Virus record (IMG/VR): IMGVR_UViG_3300022602_000036
Coordinates: 32,001-96,000 of that record
Reading direction: 5' to 3' (one strand)
DNA: 64,000 bases
From: a virus
A program made the position numbers and the translations under genes. This document shows positions 25,573 through 36,435 of the stretch, piece by piece (positions within the stretch are counted from its first letter, which is position 1; each line of letters starts with the position of its first letter). The notes beneath the pieces are model-generated. The model saw nothing but the letters and a program-made list of their open reading frames with translations. It searched no databases and was not told the DNA's origin.

Positions 25573-26483
25573 AGATCAGCACAAGTAATGAATGGGGAAA
25601 ACTAAAATCAGTGGTCGTAGGATCAGCAACACATGCCAATTGGCCTAGTACAGATCCTGTGTTTGCTCAGGAAAGTTCTAAGACCACTTGGAAAGAAACA
25701 CCAGTGCCTAGTGGCCCAGTGCCGCAGTGGATCATTGACGAAGCCAATGAGGATCTAGATGACCTAGCCAATGTCTTGACACAAATAGGCGTTGAAGTCC
25801 ATCGTCCCGCAGATATGAACTTTCAAGAGCTAGGTGGCATGTACAATTATTGTCCTAGAGATAGATTGATAATATGGGGTAGCTGTGTAGTTGATCCTGC
25901 TATGATGTATCCTTGCCGTGATCAAGAAATTCAAGCACTACAAGCGGTGACTAATTCAGCACGCATGGTGTTTAATATGCCGCGTGGTCAAGGTATGACC
26001 TTAGATGCCGCTAACATTTGCCGTTTAGGTAACACTTGGTTATACTTAGAAAGCCCCAGCGGCAATCGTAAGGCCTACGAATGGTTATGTCAACAGTTCC
26101 CACAAATCAAAATAGAACTATGTAACTTCTACAGCGGTGTGCATATTGATTCAACCATAGCACCACTGCGTGAAGGGTTAGTTGTATTAAATGCTAGTCG
26201 TGTTAATCAAGTAAACTGCCCAAAAGCCTTTGATGGATGGGAGAAGATTTGGGTACAGGATGTAGTAGCACAGGACTTTTATCAATATCCCTATGCCAGC
26301 AAGTGGGTTGGTATGAATATGCTGAGTGTTGATCCAAACACTGTGATCATTGATGCGGCGCAGACCCAGCTTATTAAAGACCTAGAGCGAGTAGGTATTA
26401 CCAGTATTCCATTAAAATTGCGCCATAGCCGCACACTAGGAGGCAGCTTCCATTGTGTAACGCTTGATTTAGTTAGAGAATAA
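25569..26483 (+). CDS. Amidinotransferase (glycine/inosamine-phosphate amidinotransferase family)
   Basis: NEWGKLKSVVVG, CPRD, DAAN, HIDST, GGSFHCVTLD. Confidence 0.9.
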   Translation: MKISTSNEWGKLKSVVVGSATHANWPSTDPVFAQESSKTTWKETPVPSGPVPQWIIDEANEDLDDLANVLTQIGVEVHRPADMNFQELGGMYNYCPRDRLIIWGSCVVDPAMMYPCRDQEIQALQAVTNSARMVFNMPRGQGMTLDAANICRLGNTWLYLESPSGNRKAYEWLCQQFPQIKIELCNFYSGVHIDSTIAPLREGLVVLNASRVNQVNCPKAFDGWEKIWVQDVVAQDFYQYPYASKWVGMNMLSVDPNTVIIDAAQTQLIKDLERVGITSIPLKLRHSRTLGGSFHCVTLDLVRE

Positions 26484-26498
26484 ACTAAATAGTTACAA

Positions 26499-27242
26499 AT
26501 GGAAACAATTATGCCGCAAGGTTTTGCCACGTATTCTGAAGCCAGTTTAAGTGCTTTCAAATTTAATCCTAAAAGCCAAGAAGTTATTGACAAGAAGCAA
26601 GAAATTCTTCGTTCAATCTCAGAGCATCATGGAGCAGTTCCCACCAGTGTACTGTTCTACGGATTCAGTCCTATGATGTTGGGTGCCAAATATAAACAGA
26701 TAGCTGTTACAGGTATCACAGCAGATACAAAAAAATTCCTAGACACTACAGGAGTTAAATACGTATATATTGCTGATGCAGAATTAAAAGAATATAAAAA
26801 GCAGTTTAATTGGGTAGTGGCCAGCGATGAGTATTTTACCTTTGCCAACTCAGAACAAGAGCAGTTAGATAAAATAAAGTCAGCTAGTGATCTAGCCAAA
26901 GATGTTATTATAACCACCTTACGTGACTATAAGAACCAAGATTTCCGTGATCGTGAATTTAGTCAACCATTGGCAGTTCACGCACACAACGATACAAAAC
27001 TATTTTTAGAGTATCATCATTATGATTTCAATGATAGAAATAGTTGGAGCACCACAGTATATGAGATGCATGGTGCTAATGCAGTGACCACCGGCCCATT
27101 TGCTCGTCGCAGTATGTTTTTCAAGCAGATGGCTAAATTCAGCATTGATGCTGGAGCAAAGAGTTTTTATGTACATAAGAACTTGATGTATAAAAGTTTA
27201 ATCAAGAAAAACTACGAACACGTTATTTCAATTAGTTTCTAA
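26499..27242 (+). CDS. Hypothetical protein, possibly degenerate methyltransferase fold
   Basis: ORF with late promoter; only weak resemblance to class I MTase topology. Confidence 0.55.
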   Translation: METIMPQGFATYSEASLSAFKFNPKSQEVIDKKQEILRSISEHHGAVPTSVLFYGFSPMMLGAKYKQIAVTGITADTKKFLDTTGVKYVYIADAELKEYKKQFNWVVASDEYFTFANSEQEQLDKIKSASDLAKDVIITTLRDYKNQDFRDREFSQPLAVHAHNDTKLFLEYHHYDFNDRNSWSTTVYEMHGANAVTTGPFARRSMFFKQMAKFSIDAGAKSFYVHKNLMYKSLIKKNYEHVISISF

Positions 27243-27260
27243 GTTTTTCAAAGAGGTGTT

Positions 27261-28529
27261 ATGGATATCAATGAACAGTTACAACCTATTGTCGCCAGCA
27301 TCATAGACAGCCTTAAAGGCACTATCGAAGCTGAACTACGCGATCAAATTTCCAATGAAATCGTTGCTAAAATTGCCAATACTGAATTTGACAGCGTTGT
27401 ACAACGCCTTGTTGAACAACAAATCCGTACACGCCTGGACAATTTTAACTTTGTTAGCACCAGCGATGAACAACTGCAAAAGATTGTAGCACAATTAACT
27501 GACCAGATTAATAAAAACCTAACTGCAACTGCTAACCAACAGATCAGCAGCTACATCAATCAAAAACTAGCCGCAGTAAACGTCACAGAAGTTATTGGAG
27601 CATTGGTGCAGAACAAAGTAGGCAGTATGCTACAGACTACCAGCTTCCCAGAAAAAAGTATCAGTCACAACAGCATAGATTTTTCAGGACTAAAGTTAAC
27701 AGGTGACCAGGTCAGCGGCGGTATTATCACAAACTTTGGCAGTACAGGCATAGAAGATCTAAGTACTCGTGTACAGATGACCTTGATGGATCGTGGTACT
27801 GCATTTGAAGGGCCATTGTTTGCTCCACAACTCACAGTCAAAGGTGACATCAGTCTCAATGGCCGTTTGGTGATTAATGGTGAAGTAGCGGCTGATGCCA
27901 AGGGCTTTTTAAAGCTGGTAGAACAAACCAGTCAAGCAGTCAAAGAATTACTAACAGATGATTTATTTTCAGGATTCAGCGACATTATCTTTAAAAAGAT
28001 GCAGGCTGATGGTATTGATCTAGACAAGATCACACAAGGTGGGAAAGAAATTGTCAGTGGTAATAGGCTAGGATACCATATCATTGATACCAACATCAGA
28101 CGTTTGGGTGTGGTTAACGACCTACAGACATCAGGTGAAAATCTATTAGTTGATACCTTGTATGTTACACAGGGACGAGTAGGAGTAAACACCATTGATC
28201 CTACTGCGGTGTTAAGTGTTTGGGACCAAGAAGTTGAAGTGGTAGTGAACAAACGCAGTCAAGACACAGGTTATATTGGCACACCACGTAGTCAACAGTT
28301 GGTCATTGGTGCTAATAACAAACAAAATATTCTATTAGATCCTGATGGTAGTGTAGAAATAGAAAACCTACGCATAGGTAATACTCCTATGAGCTCAGCT
28401 TCGACAATACCAAACTATCCTGCTATCACAGGTACTATAGTTTGGAATGAAAGTCCTATGCCTGGTTCAGCAATTGGCTGGGTTTGTTTGGGCGCAACAC
28501 AGTGGGCAAGTTTTGGTAAAGTAGGTTGA
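27261..28529 (+). CDS. Putative virion protein (helical N-terminus, fibre-like C-terminus)
   Basis: Coiled-coil N-terminus; GRVGVNT.DP and GTIVWN..P..G..IGWVC motifs seen in fibre proteins. Confidence 0.55.
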   Translation: MDINEQLQPIVASIIDSLKGTIEAELRDQISNEIVAKIANTEFDSVVQRLVEQQIRTRLDNFNFVSTSDEQLQKIVAQLTDQINKNLTATANQQISSYINQKLAAVNVTEVIGALVQNKVGSMLQTTSFPEKSISHNSIDFSGLKLTGDQVSGGIITNFGSTGIEDLSTRVQMTLMDRGTAFEGPLFAPQLTVKGDISLNGRLVINGEVAADAKGFLKLVEQTSQAVKELLTDDLFSGFSDIIFKKMQADGIDLDKITQGGKEIVSGNRLGYHIIDTNIRRLGVVNDLQTSGENLLVDTLYVTQGRVGVNTIDPTAVLSVWDQEVEVVVNKRSQDTGYIGTPRSQQLVIGANNKQNILLDPDGSVEIENLRIGNTPMSSASTIPNYPAITGTIVWNESPMPGSAIGWVCLGATQWASFGKVG

Positions 28530-28560
28530 CATAAAGACATTTTGGTGTTATAATAGTTTT

Positions 28561-29604
28561 ATGACATCACAAATCAAACGCATCGGTTTTGCCTGCAAGT
28601 GGATTGATCGCCCTGATCAAGTTGAGGGTATCAAATCCACAGACGCTGCAAAAGAATTCAATACAGGTACTACTACAGTGGCTTGGCTTAATCGTCAATC
28701 CCGCGAAGTAGCTGAACAGCGGCTATGGGACCTAATGGAACAAAACATTATGTCCACTCGCAAACTAATTGAGAGGGTAGGTAACTTAGATGAATCACTT
28801 CGCATGGTACGTATTAGCAGTGACATCTTGCCTGTATATACTGAGTCTAGCTGGTCTTATTATTGGCAGCAAGCTGATGTTAAAAGGCGTTGTGAACAGC
28901 TTTTTGCAGAAGTTGGATTGGTTGCTAAGGATCGTGGTGTACGTTTATCCTTTCATCCTGGTCAGTTTACTGTTTTGGCTAGCGATAATGACGATATTGT
29001 CGCCAGGAGTATAGCAGAGTTTGAGTATCATGCGGACATGATTCGCATGATGGGCTATGGCCAAAAGTTCCAAGACTTTAAATGCAACGTGCATATTGCA
29101 GGTCGTAGAGGCTATCAAGGTATCCTTGATGTCTACCCTAAACTCAGTGTTGAAGCACGCAACACTATTACCATTGAAAACGAGGAAATGAAACATGGTC
29201 TTGATGATTGCCTCAATCTTGTCGATACTGTACCTATTGTTCTTGATATCCACCACCATTGGATCCGCGAAGGGCATTACATTGATCTTAAGGATGCCAG
29301 AATTGCACGCATTCTTGACAGTTGGCGCGGCCTGCGTCCTACGCTACACTATAGTGTATCCAGAGAAGACGTTCTCCCCGCTCATTCATCTAGTACAGCT
29401 CCTAACCACAGCCTACTACTAGAGCAAGGCTACAAGAAAAGTAAGATGCGTGCGCACAGTGACTTCTACTGGAACACTGCTTGTAACGATTGGGCATTGT
29501 CATTCTTAGACAAGTTTGACATCATGTGCGAAAGCAAGGGTAAGAATTTGGCTAGTTTTGCACTATACGAACGTGCTCGGCAACTATCTATAATTGATCT
29601 TTGA
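28561..29604 (+). CDS. uvsE: UV damage endonuclease
   Basis: RIGFAC, RISSD, SFHPGQFTVL, TIEN, DIHHH, AHSD, MCESK; promoter TTGACA-N17-TATAAT at 28526-28554. Confidence 0.9.
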   Translation: MTSQIKRIGFACKWIDRPDQVEGIKSTDAAKEFNTGTTTVAWLNRQSREVAEQRLWDLMEQNIMSTRKLIERVGNLDESLRMVRISSDILPVYTESSWSYYWQQADVKRRCEQLFAEVGLVAKDRGVRLSFHPGQFTVLASDNDDIVARSIAEFEYHADMIRMMGYGQKFQDFKCNVHIAGRRGYQGILDVYPKLSVEARNTITIENEEMKHGLDDCLNLVDTVPIVLDIHHHWIREGHYIDLKDARIARILDSWRGLRPTLHYSVSREDVLPAHSSSTAPNHSLLLEQGYKKSKMRAHSDFYWNTACNDWALSFLDKFDIMCESKGKNLASFALYERARQLSIIDL

Positions 29605-31065
29605 GTTAATATATTCTTTAATTAATTTTTTAGTCTGATGTTGGACTATAAAATGATTTATTTTTTCTGCAGGTGTATTAACAAATTGTTCAATTGATAA
29701 ATTGGTATAGGGCAGGACCTGACCAAACGCCCACCCTGATACAGAATGCTTTATCTGTTTAGTTGCATTCCAATCATTGATAGTTGCAATGGCCCATTTT
29801 AAATCCATGTGATCATTGGCCCAGTGTAATCCTAAAATTTCATCATGCCATGGCAGATTGTTTGTGCGTGCCAGACTTTCTTCAGGCATGCTTATATTTT
29901 CAAGAGGTTTAATTCTGTAGCCTCTTGAAGCCCAATCTTCCCCAATGGTAGATTTGTGACGATCCTCAACAACAATGTTTAATGGATAAAAAGTTGCATG
30001 CTGATCTTGCCAATTGGCATCAACCCAATCAAATGTAGTTTGAATAGTCTCTTTTGTTTCGTGCGGTAATCCAACAATAAAACTCATTACCCCATGATAT
30101 GGAACATATTGTTTGAACCACTGCTTGGCTTCTAACAATCCCTGAGTTAACTTTTCAGTAGGCATGCCTTTGCCTATGCTTTTAGCTGACTGCCAGTTAA
30201 GACTTTCTACACCATAGTGATGCATAAAAAATCTCATTCTCAGTAGATGTTCCCAATCTTCACGACGCGACACTAGCAAATCAGGGCGTATGAATCCCAT
30301 AAAGGTAGGATTAAAGTTTAAATTTTCAACAGCATCTGCAAATTTAATAATTTTTTCTGTGCGATCATTGAATGTTTCATCAGCGGCATAATAATGGCTG
30401 ACTCCCCATTGATCATAATTGTCCTGAAGTTCTTGTTGAAAATCATCTGCGGCTCTAGAATAATCACCTTTGACTCCCAGTATAGGATAAGCGCAGAAGT
30501 CACACTTAAATTTACAACCTCGCCCAATCTCAATACCTAGCCATTCAAATTCACGTATAAAATCTCTAGCTTCGTACTGCACACGCAGACTAGACATTGG
30601 ATAAGCTGGATAGCTGTGTATGGCATTGATAAATTTCTTGCCGTTGTTCCATAGAGAGTATTTGACTTTGTTATTATTACCCAACAGATGAGCTATTACT
30701 TCTAAGATAGCATGTTCGCCATATCCTTCAATGTACCAATCAGCAGGTATAATAATACGTCCTAGGCTTTGCCCGCCCACAACCAGTTTAATTTTAGGAT
30801 ATGTTGCCTTAATCCATATAAACAATTTTTGTATTAATGGACTAGAATAAGAAAATGTTGTGCTACACCCAACAAATACTGTGCGATCATTAAGACGTTC
30901 GCGACAAAGTTCTTGTAATTCTTCTAAAGTCCAAAATTCAATAAAGTCAATTACTTCGGCATCCCATCCTTGTTCACGTAGCCAAGAGGCTATACGATGA
31001 CCGCCTAGACTTCTGCGATATTCTGGTTGATAAGAGCTTAAATTGAAAATTAACGTATGGTGCAC
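29584..31065 (-). CDS. B12-binding-domain radical SAM protein
   Basis: RGCKFKCDFC, ADETFND, GVES, FIVGLPHET; N-terminal cobalamin-binding-like domain; GTG start inferred. Confidence 0.85.
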   Translation of the reverse strand: MHHTLIFNLSSYQPEYRRSLGGHRIASWLREQGWDAEVIDFIEFWTLEELQELCRERLNDRTVFVGCSTTFSYSSPLIQKLFIWIKATYPKIKLVVGGQSLGRIIIPADWYIEGYGEHAILEVIAHLLGNNNKVKYSLWNNGKKFINAIHSYPAYPMSSLRVQYEARDFIREFEWLGIEIGRGCKFKCDFCAYPILGVKGDYSRAADDFQQELQDNYDQWGVSHYYAADETFNDRTEKIIKFADAVENLNFNPTFMGFIRPDLLVSRREDWEHLLRMRFFMHHYGVESLNWQSAKSIGKGMPTEKLTQGLLEAKQWFKQYVPYHGVMSFIVGLPHETKETIQTTFDWVDANWQDQHATFYPLNIVVEDRHKSTIGEDWASRGYRIKPLENISMPEESLARTNNLPWHDEILGLHWANDHMDLKWAIATINDWNATKQIKHSVSGWAFGQVLPYTNLSIEQFVNTPAEKINHFIVQHQTKKLIKEYINSKINYR

Positions 31066-31073
31066 ACTAGTAT

Positions 31074-32126
31074 TTAAACTATAATTGCGCCAAGAGAATT
31101 TAAAAATTCTCCATACCAATCAGTACCTAACATCAAACTTTGGTTATGCTTTGTTATTGGACTAATTTTAGCTAAAAGTTCTTTCTGAGGTTGACCAGCT
31201 AAGAATTTTATCTGTTCACCAATCATTTGGCATCTGATTTTATAATCAGGTTCTAGATCATAACTTTCATCTATGACCGTGTCAAATGTACGAAATCCCA
31301 ATGCACGTAAGTTACGTAGATAGTATTGATTGCTGGCCACTAAAAATAACCTTTCAGCTAGAATAGGTTTGACGATTTTTTCAGTGTTAAAGGTAAAGCG
31401 ATTATCAATCCCCCATGTTTCTGCTACTACTGTGTAGGCTGTTTGGTTATAAATGCTCAATGGAATGATCTGGCTTAATGAAATTATTTGATTGTAGTAT
31501 TTTACTGGGCGTATAGTATGCCTAATAGGCCAATCAGGAATTTCTAATCCTTCACTTTCCCATTGCCACTCAGTGGCGGATTTTTCTTGAAAACTTTCTG
31601 TTATACTAGATATATAGGTTAGAATAACTTTGTCATCTAGGTTATTGTGTTTGATATAAGAAAATATTTCATCACGATGTTTTCTTTCTTGTCCTAATAA
31701 TATGTCAAAATATTTAGGTTTAGCAGTATAAGGAGTTAACTTGTCTAGTAGAAACTGATTATTTTTATAAAACAACGTAGTAGACTCAAACCAATGATGG
31801 TAGTGATAGTAGGTAGCATGATCTAGTTTGAAATTTAAATCACCATTTAAGAACAGGACTATTTTAGGGCGATCAAACTTTTCAATGAAATCTACAGTGA
31901 CATCGTGTAGTTCTGTGACCAGTAGTATTATCTGCTCACTAGAATCATATATTTGGTTGAAAGTTTCTTCTAAATGATCAAAATCTGAATACCTAGGAAA
32001 GGGCGCATGAAATACTGCGGTTTTTGGCCCTGGCGAATCCATATAAACATTAATATTTTTTACTATGGTAATGTTAGGTAATTCTGCCCAACTATCGCAA
32101 ACACTGGTATCACTATAGATAATCAT
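31074..32126 (-). CDS. Putative glycosyltransferase-like protein
   Basis: VVAET...TEKIVKP...GFRTF..VIDESYD; paralogue of 22559-23833; ATG 32126 inferred. Confidence 0.55.
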   Translation of the reverse strand: MIIYSDTSVCDSWAELPNITIVKNINVYMDSPGPKTAVFHAPFPRYSDFDHLEETFNQIYDSSEQIILLVTELHDVTVDFIEKFDRPKIVLFLNGDLNFKLDHATYYHYHHWFESTTLFYKNNQFLLDKLTPYTAKPKYFDILLGQERKHRDEIFSYIKHNNLDDKVILTYISSITESFQEKSATEWQWESEGLEIPDWPIRHTIRPVKYYNQIISLSQIIPLSIYNQTAYTVVAETWGIDNRFTFNTEKIVKPILAERLFLVASNQYYLRNLRALGFRTFDTVIDESYDLEPDYKIRCQMIGEQIKFLAGQPQKELLAKISPITKHNQSLMLGTDWYGEFLNSLGAIIV

Positions 32127-32211
32127 TTTAATATTTAATGAAATTTTGGTTGACACAACCATAAACTGATAGTATAATAACACTTATGTTTTTAAGTATG
32201 AAAGGTCAATC

Positions 32212-32628
32212 ATGGGTTTAGACATGTATGCTTACGTTGCTGCCAAAGCAGGTCAAAATAGTGAATATTGGGACACCTGTGAGTTCAACGAAGAAACTGG
32301 TGAGTATGTTAATCCCAAAGTAAGTAAACCTATTGAAATCGCCTACTGGCGCAAGCATCCAAACCTACATGGTTGGATGTACAATCTCTGGGTCAGTAAA
32401 GGCAATGAAGGTGAGTTCAACGGTGATGAACTAGAGCTGACCTGGGAAGACATTGACCAACTTGAAGAAGATCTCAAACGAGGTCGTGTTAAAGGTGTTG
32501 AAGCAACGGGGTTCTTCTGGGGTGATCCAAGTGATGATTACTACTACGAAGATGATTTAAAATTTATCAAGGAGGCACGCAGCCAGTTGTTCTTAGGCCT
32601 AAAAGTGTTTTATAATAGTTCATGGTAG
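32212..32628 (+). CDS. Conserved phage hypothetical protein
   Basis: MGLDMY...YWRKHP.LHGW...GFF...YNSSW pattern; sigma70 promoter upstream. Confidence 0.75.
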   Translation: MGLDMYAYVAAKAGQNSEYWDTCEFNEETGEYVNPKVSKPIEIAYWRKHPNLHGWMYNLWVSKGNEGEFNGDELELTWEDIDQLEEDLKRGRVKGVEATGFFWGDPSDDYYYEDDLKFIKEARSQLFLGLKVFYNSSW

Positions 32629-32819
32629 ATAAAAATAAATTAGAAGAATTACAGACCCAAATTGGGCTAGTACACGATATCATCAGACACACTGATGTTA
32701 AAGATCCTCGTATGGAAAGTCTGCGAGGACTTTTAGCTACAATGTATCAGAAGTTAAGTGAGTTAGAACCGCCCAGAGATAAATTAGATAAACCGCTACT
32801 AAGTGAAGACAGCCTATGA
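32622..32819 (+). CDS. Hypothetical protein
   Basis: ORF track. Confidence 0.55.
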   Translation: MVDKNKLEELQTQIGLVHDIIRHTDVKDPRMESLRGLLATMYQKLSELEPPRDKLDKPLLSEDSL

Positions 32820-33082
32820 CCGTAAAAGAAATCCAAATAAACGACGACTTCGTGTACAATAACGAAGAAGAAGCCGAAATGGGGCAGTTACATGCCATCC
32901 ACAACAACATGAATGCTATCGCTAACGTGCGCCGCCAATTAGAACAGCAAGCGGCGCAACCAAGCCTTACGCACTGTGAAGAGTGCGGAGATGAAATTCC
33001 AGAAAAGCGTAGGTCAGCTATTCGCGGAGTCAAGCTCTGCGTATTTTGTCAAGAATTACAAGAACGAACAAAAGGAAGATAA
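32816..33082 (+). CDS. TraR/DksA C4-type zinc finger protein
   Basis: CEECGDEIPEKRR...LCVFCQE. Confidence 0.9.
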   Translation: MTVKEIQINDDFVYNNEEEAEMGQLHAIHNNMNAIANVRRQLEQQAAQPSLTHCEECGDEIPEKRRSAIRGVKLCVFCQELQERTKGR

Positions 33083-33703
33083 ATGTCAAATTTAGTCCCA
33101 ATGGTAGTAGAACGTACAAGTCAAGGCGAACGTGCCTATGACATTTATTCACGTCTACTTAAAGATCGTATCGTGATGTTAGATACTGATGTTAATGAAC
33201 ATACAGCCAGTTCAATCGTAGCACAGATGTTATACCTAGAAGCAGAAAATTCAGAAGCAGACATCTTATTCTATATCAACAGTCCAGGTGGCAGTGTAAC
33301 TGCTGGCTTGGCTATCTATGATACTATGCAGTTTATCCGTCCAGATGTGCGTACTATTGTTCTTGGGCAGGCATGTAGTATGGGTAGTTTCCTTGCTCAA
33401 GCAGGTCATCCAGGCAAGCGTTTTGTCTTACCAGAAGCACGTACAATGATCCATCGTGTTAGTTCAGGTACTCCTGGCACACGTGGTAGTGTACACGTAC
33501 AAGATCTACAGTTTGAAGATGCTAAACGTAGTTTTGAAGAAAGTGTGCGCATTAACAAACGTCTAACTGAACTCTATGTCAAACATAATACGCAAGGTAA
33601 GACCTACGAAGAATTGTTTGACACTATGAAGTTTGATACATTCTTATCAGCAGAAGAAGCAGTGGCCTATGGGCTTGCTGACGAGGTGATTACAAAAAGA
33701 TAA
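33083..33703 (+). CDS. clpP: ATP-dependent Clp protease proteolytic subunit
   Basis: [33 protein letters not shown]. Confidence 0.95.
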   Translation: MSNLVPMVVERTSQGERAYDIYSRLLKDRIVMLDTDVNEHTASSIVAQMLYLEAENSEADILFYINSPGGSVTAGLAIYDTMQFIRPDVRTIVLGQACSMGSFLAQAGHPGKRFVLPEARTMIHRVSSGTPGTRGSVHVQDLQFEDAKRSFEESVRINKRLTELYVKHNTQGKTYEELFDTMKFDTFLSAEEAVAYGLADEVITKR

Positions 33704-34875
33704 TGTTTTTTCACATTAGCAAAACTGCACAGACTAATTTTAAACATAACTATCAAACTGATCATTTTGTTATAAATTTAGATGATGGGTGGACACAGGT
33801 ACAAGACTACCACGGTGATCTTGTATGGTACAAGGGATATTTAGACAACGCAGATCTAAGTCATTTTGCTGTAAGAATCAGTGAAGAAATATCTCCCACC
33901 CATAGCGGCAATTTTTGTATTATCAAAGTCACTGACAGTGGCCTGCTGATAAGAACTGATAATCTCAGAAGTTTTCCAATTTGGTATGACTATGATCTTG
34001 GATTAACAAATCTGAGAGAAATAGGCAAGTTGCAGTACACTGATGGAATAGTTGGTCTTACCAATAACCTAGAATTAATCCATACTGCATTTGACCCAAT
34101 TGGCTCAATTGACGATTCGCCTGTGTCATTTGATCAGGCAGTTGATCAAATTGACCTTATACTGAAATCAAAAGTTCAACAGTTTATTGAATACAATAGA
34201 CTGCCTTTGCGTGTATTTTTAAGTGGTGGCGTGGATACCGCTCTGCTGTTTTCATATATAAAAAACTACACTGACGACTACCATATAGTTACAAATGGGT
34301 ATATAGAACACGATTATTTTTATCTTAAAAATCACGGGCATTTGAGTAGATTTTGGGCATATAACCAAATTCACTATTGGGCAGAAAATTGTGTGTTGGC
34401 CAGCGGAGCTCCTGGTGATGAATTTACTGCCAGAAATCCTGTAACAGTTGATCAGCTATTGCAGGCCCACGGCTCTTCATTTGTCAAAGTAATGTCTGAG
34501 GAAAGATTTAAAAATAGTCTTAATTATGATTTTTTTAAACGTAGTTACATAGAAAAATTATCCAACACACCCGCACAATCTGCAACACTAGCCGAAGCTA
34601 TAAAACAGTGTTGCGAATACAATGCCAATGACTGGCAACACTGGCATTTAGGAAAAACATTAACTTGGACTCCGTTCAGAGATATGAATATGTTTAAGTT
34701 AGTGGCCAGACTGCCCTTAGAAGATCTCAAACACCAACTAATGGATAGTAGTATTCAAATTGAATTAATACGTAGAAATAGTCCAGAACTGTTGTCTGTA
34801 CTTTCATCTCAAAAAAATGCCCTAAATTACATGGAAAATGTAGTTGGCTATCTACAAAAAATCAAAGACTTATAA
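33703..34875 (+). CDS. Asparagine synthetase-like (PP-loop) protein
   Basis: FLSGGVDT and SGAPGDE motifs after a degenerate Ntn-like domain. Confidence 0.65.
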   Translation: MFFHISKTAQTNFKHNYQTDHFVINLDDGWTQVQDYHGDLVWYKGYLDNADLSHFAVRISEEISPTHSGNFCIIKVTDSGLLIRTDNLRSFPIWYDYDLGLTNLREIGKLQYTDGIVGLTNNLELIHTAFDPIGSIDDSPVSFDQAVDQIDLILKSKVQQFIEYNRLPLRVFLSGGVDTALLFSYIKNYTDDYHIVTNGYIEHDYFYLKNHGHLSRFWAYNQIHYWAENCVLASGAPGDEFTARNPVTVDQLLQAHGSSFVKVMSEERFKNSLNYDFFKRSYIEKLSNTPAQSATLAEAIKQCCEYNANDWQHWHLGKTLTWTPFRDMNMFKLVARLPLEDLKHQLMDSSIQIELIRRNSPELLSVLSSQKNALNYMENVVGYLQKIKDL

Positions 34876-34969
34876 GTCACTGATATTTTCCCTTTTCTGC
34901 TGATTTTGGTTGACTTTTTGGTTAAGTGACTGTATAATATACACATATTAACAATAAGGAACTAGACAA

Positions 34970-35245
34970 ATGCAACTAATTAAACATGATTATCAAGTAG
35001 GCGATGATGTTAGTTACGGTTTCAATGGTGATTGGTATTACGCAGGTAAGGTTGCTCGTATCACTAAAAAGTATCTGACTACATTCACAGGCCATAAGTT
35101 TTATCTAAAAGAATTCCGTTCACGTGTGTATGACTCTGCTACATTTGACTATGTAGATGTTATGAAAGAATACTTTGTCAGTGTGGGCAATGGCACTTGG
35201 ACACTTACCAAAGGCCGCAAAGAAGAGTTGAACCCACACTTTTAA
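34970..35245 (+). CDS. Hypothetical early protein
   Basis: sigma70 promoter and AAGGA RBS upstream. Confidence 0.7.
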   Translation: MQLIKHDYQVGDDVSYGFNGDWYYAGKVARITKKYLTTFTGHKFYLKEFRSRVYDSATFDYVDVMKEYFVSVGNGTWTLTKGRKEELNPHF

Positions 35246-35320
35246 GATTAGATTTTGGTTGACTTTTTGGTTAAAAGAATGTATAATGTTACACATACAC
35301 TAACAACACAGGAGCAATAA

Positions 35321-35641
35321 ATGGACATTCAAGCTATTAAAAATGAAGCACAAACAGCCGCAATTACAGCAGAACAAGCATTTATTGCCCAGCATGGTGA
35401 AATGGCCTACTGTGGTTTTGCTTGGGTAGATGTGTTTGTATCGCGTACTAATTCAAAAGAAGCCAAAGCACTAGCTGAAATGGGCTTTAAGAAAAGCTAT
35501 CGTCCAAAAACAATGAACCTATGGACTTGTGGTAGCTACAATGGTCAAAGCATGGATGTTAAAGAAGCAGGTGCACGTGCTTACGCAGATGTGTTAACCA
35601 AACATGGTTTCCGTGCTTACATGGGTTCACGTGCAGACTAA
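35321..35641 (+). CDS. Conserved phage hypothetical protein
   Basis: CGFAWV...QSMDVKEAGARAYA..L; own promoter and AGGAG RBS. Confidence 0.75.
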   Translation: MDIQAIKNEAQTAAITAEQAFIAQHGEMAYCGFAWVDVFVSRTNSKEAKALAEMGFKKSYRPKTMNLWTCGSYNGQSMDVKEAGARAYADVLTKHGFRAYMGSRAD

Positions 35642-35655
35642 CTAAGGAGCAAACA

Positions 35656-35841
35656 ATGGATAAGGCAATGAAAGTAATTCAGGGCGTTGGTGAAGTTGGT
35701 ATTGATACAGAAGCAAGTCCGGGTAATGGTCGTTGGTATGTCAAGCACTATGCTACTGGGTATGATGTCTGTGGCTTTGACAGTGAACAAGAAGCCTTAG
35801 ATGAACTTGAATATGTTGAAAATGACACTGTAGCGGTATAA
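35656..35841 (+). CDS. Hypothetical protein
   Basis: AAGGAG RBS. Confidence 0.65.
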   Translation: MDKAMKVIQGVGEVGIDTEASPGNGRWYVKHYATGYDVCGFDSEQEALDELEYVENDTVAV

Positions 35842-35882
35842 TTTTGGTTGACAATCAAATCAAAAGGTGCTATAATAGCTTT

Positions 35883-36089
35883 ATGAAATACAATAATTTA
35901 ACAAGAATTTGTGGTGGCAACATCACTCCGCAGGCACTCAAAGGAGTGTTTGCTGATCTAGAATTTCAAACTACTGCCGTAAAGCAAGAGTTTTGGGAGT
36001 ACATGTTTGAGATGGGTGAAGCCTTTGGAGACATTCAAAGCTTCGTAGTTCAAGATAGACAACAACAAGAAGGAGTAGTAAATGTTTAA
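35883..36089 (+). CDS. Hypothetical protein (probably leaderless)
   Basis: ATG 6 nt after TATAAT. Confidence 0.6.
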   Translation: MKYNNLTRICGGNITPQALKGVFADLEFQTTAVKQEFWEYMFEMGEAFGDIQSFVVQDRQQQEGVVNV

Positions 36090-36393
36090 AGTAACAGGTA
36101 TTTCAACGTTAAATGGTAAGACCAAGGTTCGTTTTGCTAATGATCTAGTTAGCCGTGTTAAAATCTTAAACAAAGATGGTCACACAGACATTAACCTTAT
36201 CGAGTTACCAACAGCTATGTCTAAGTTAGACGCTGTAAACTACTTGAAAACCACAGACCTTTACAGTAAATTTGCAGCAGCAATTGACGCGGCAGATGAA
36301 AAGTATGCAGGTCTTGGCACTGTTAAAGTTACTAAGCCTAGCCTAGAAGCAATCAAGGCTCGTGCTGGTATCACTGAAACAGAAGCTGCCTGA
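36082..36393 (+). CDS. Hypothetical protein
   Basis: AAGGAG RBS, terminator downstream. Confidence 0.75.
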   Translation: MFKVTGISTLNGKTKVRFANDLVSRVKILNKDGHTDINLIELPTAMSKLDAVNYLKTTDLYSKFAAAIDAADEKYAGLGTVKVTKPSLEAIKARAGITETEAA

Positions 36394-36407
36394 GTGGAGC
36401 AGGACCT

Positions 36408-36435
36408 AAAAAGCCCGCTCTGACGCGGGCTTTTT
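36408..36435 (+). terminator. Intrinsic terminator
   Basis: AAAAAGCCCGC-tctgac-GCGGGCTTTTT. Confidence 0.85.
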
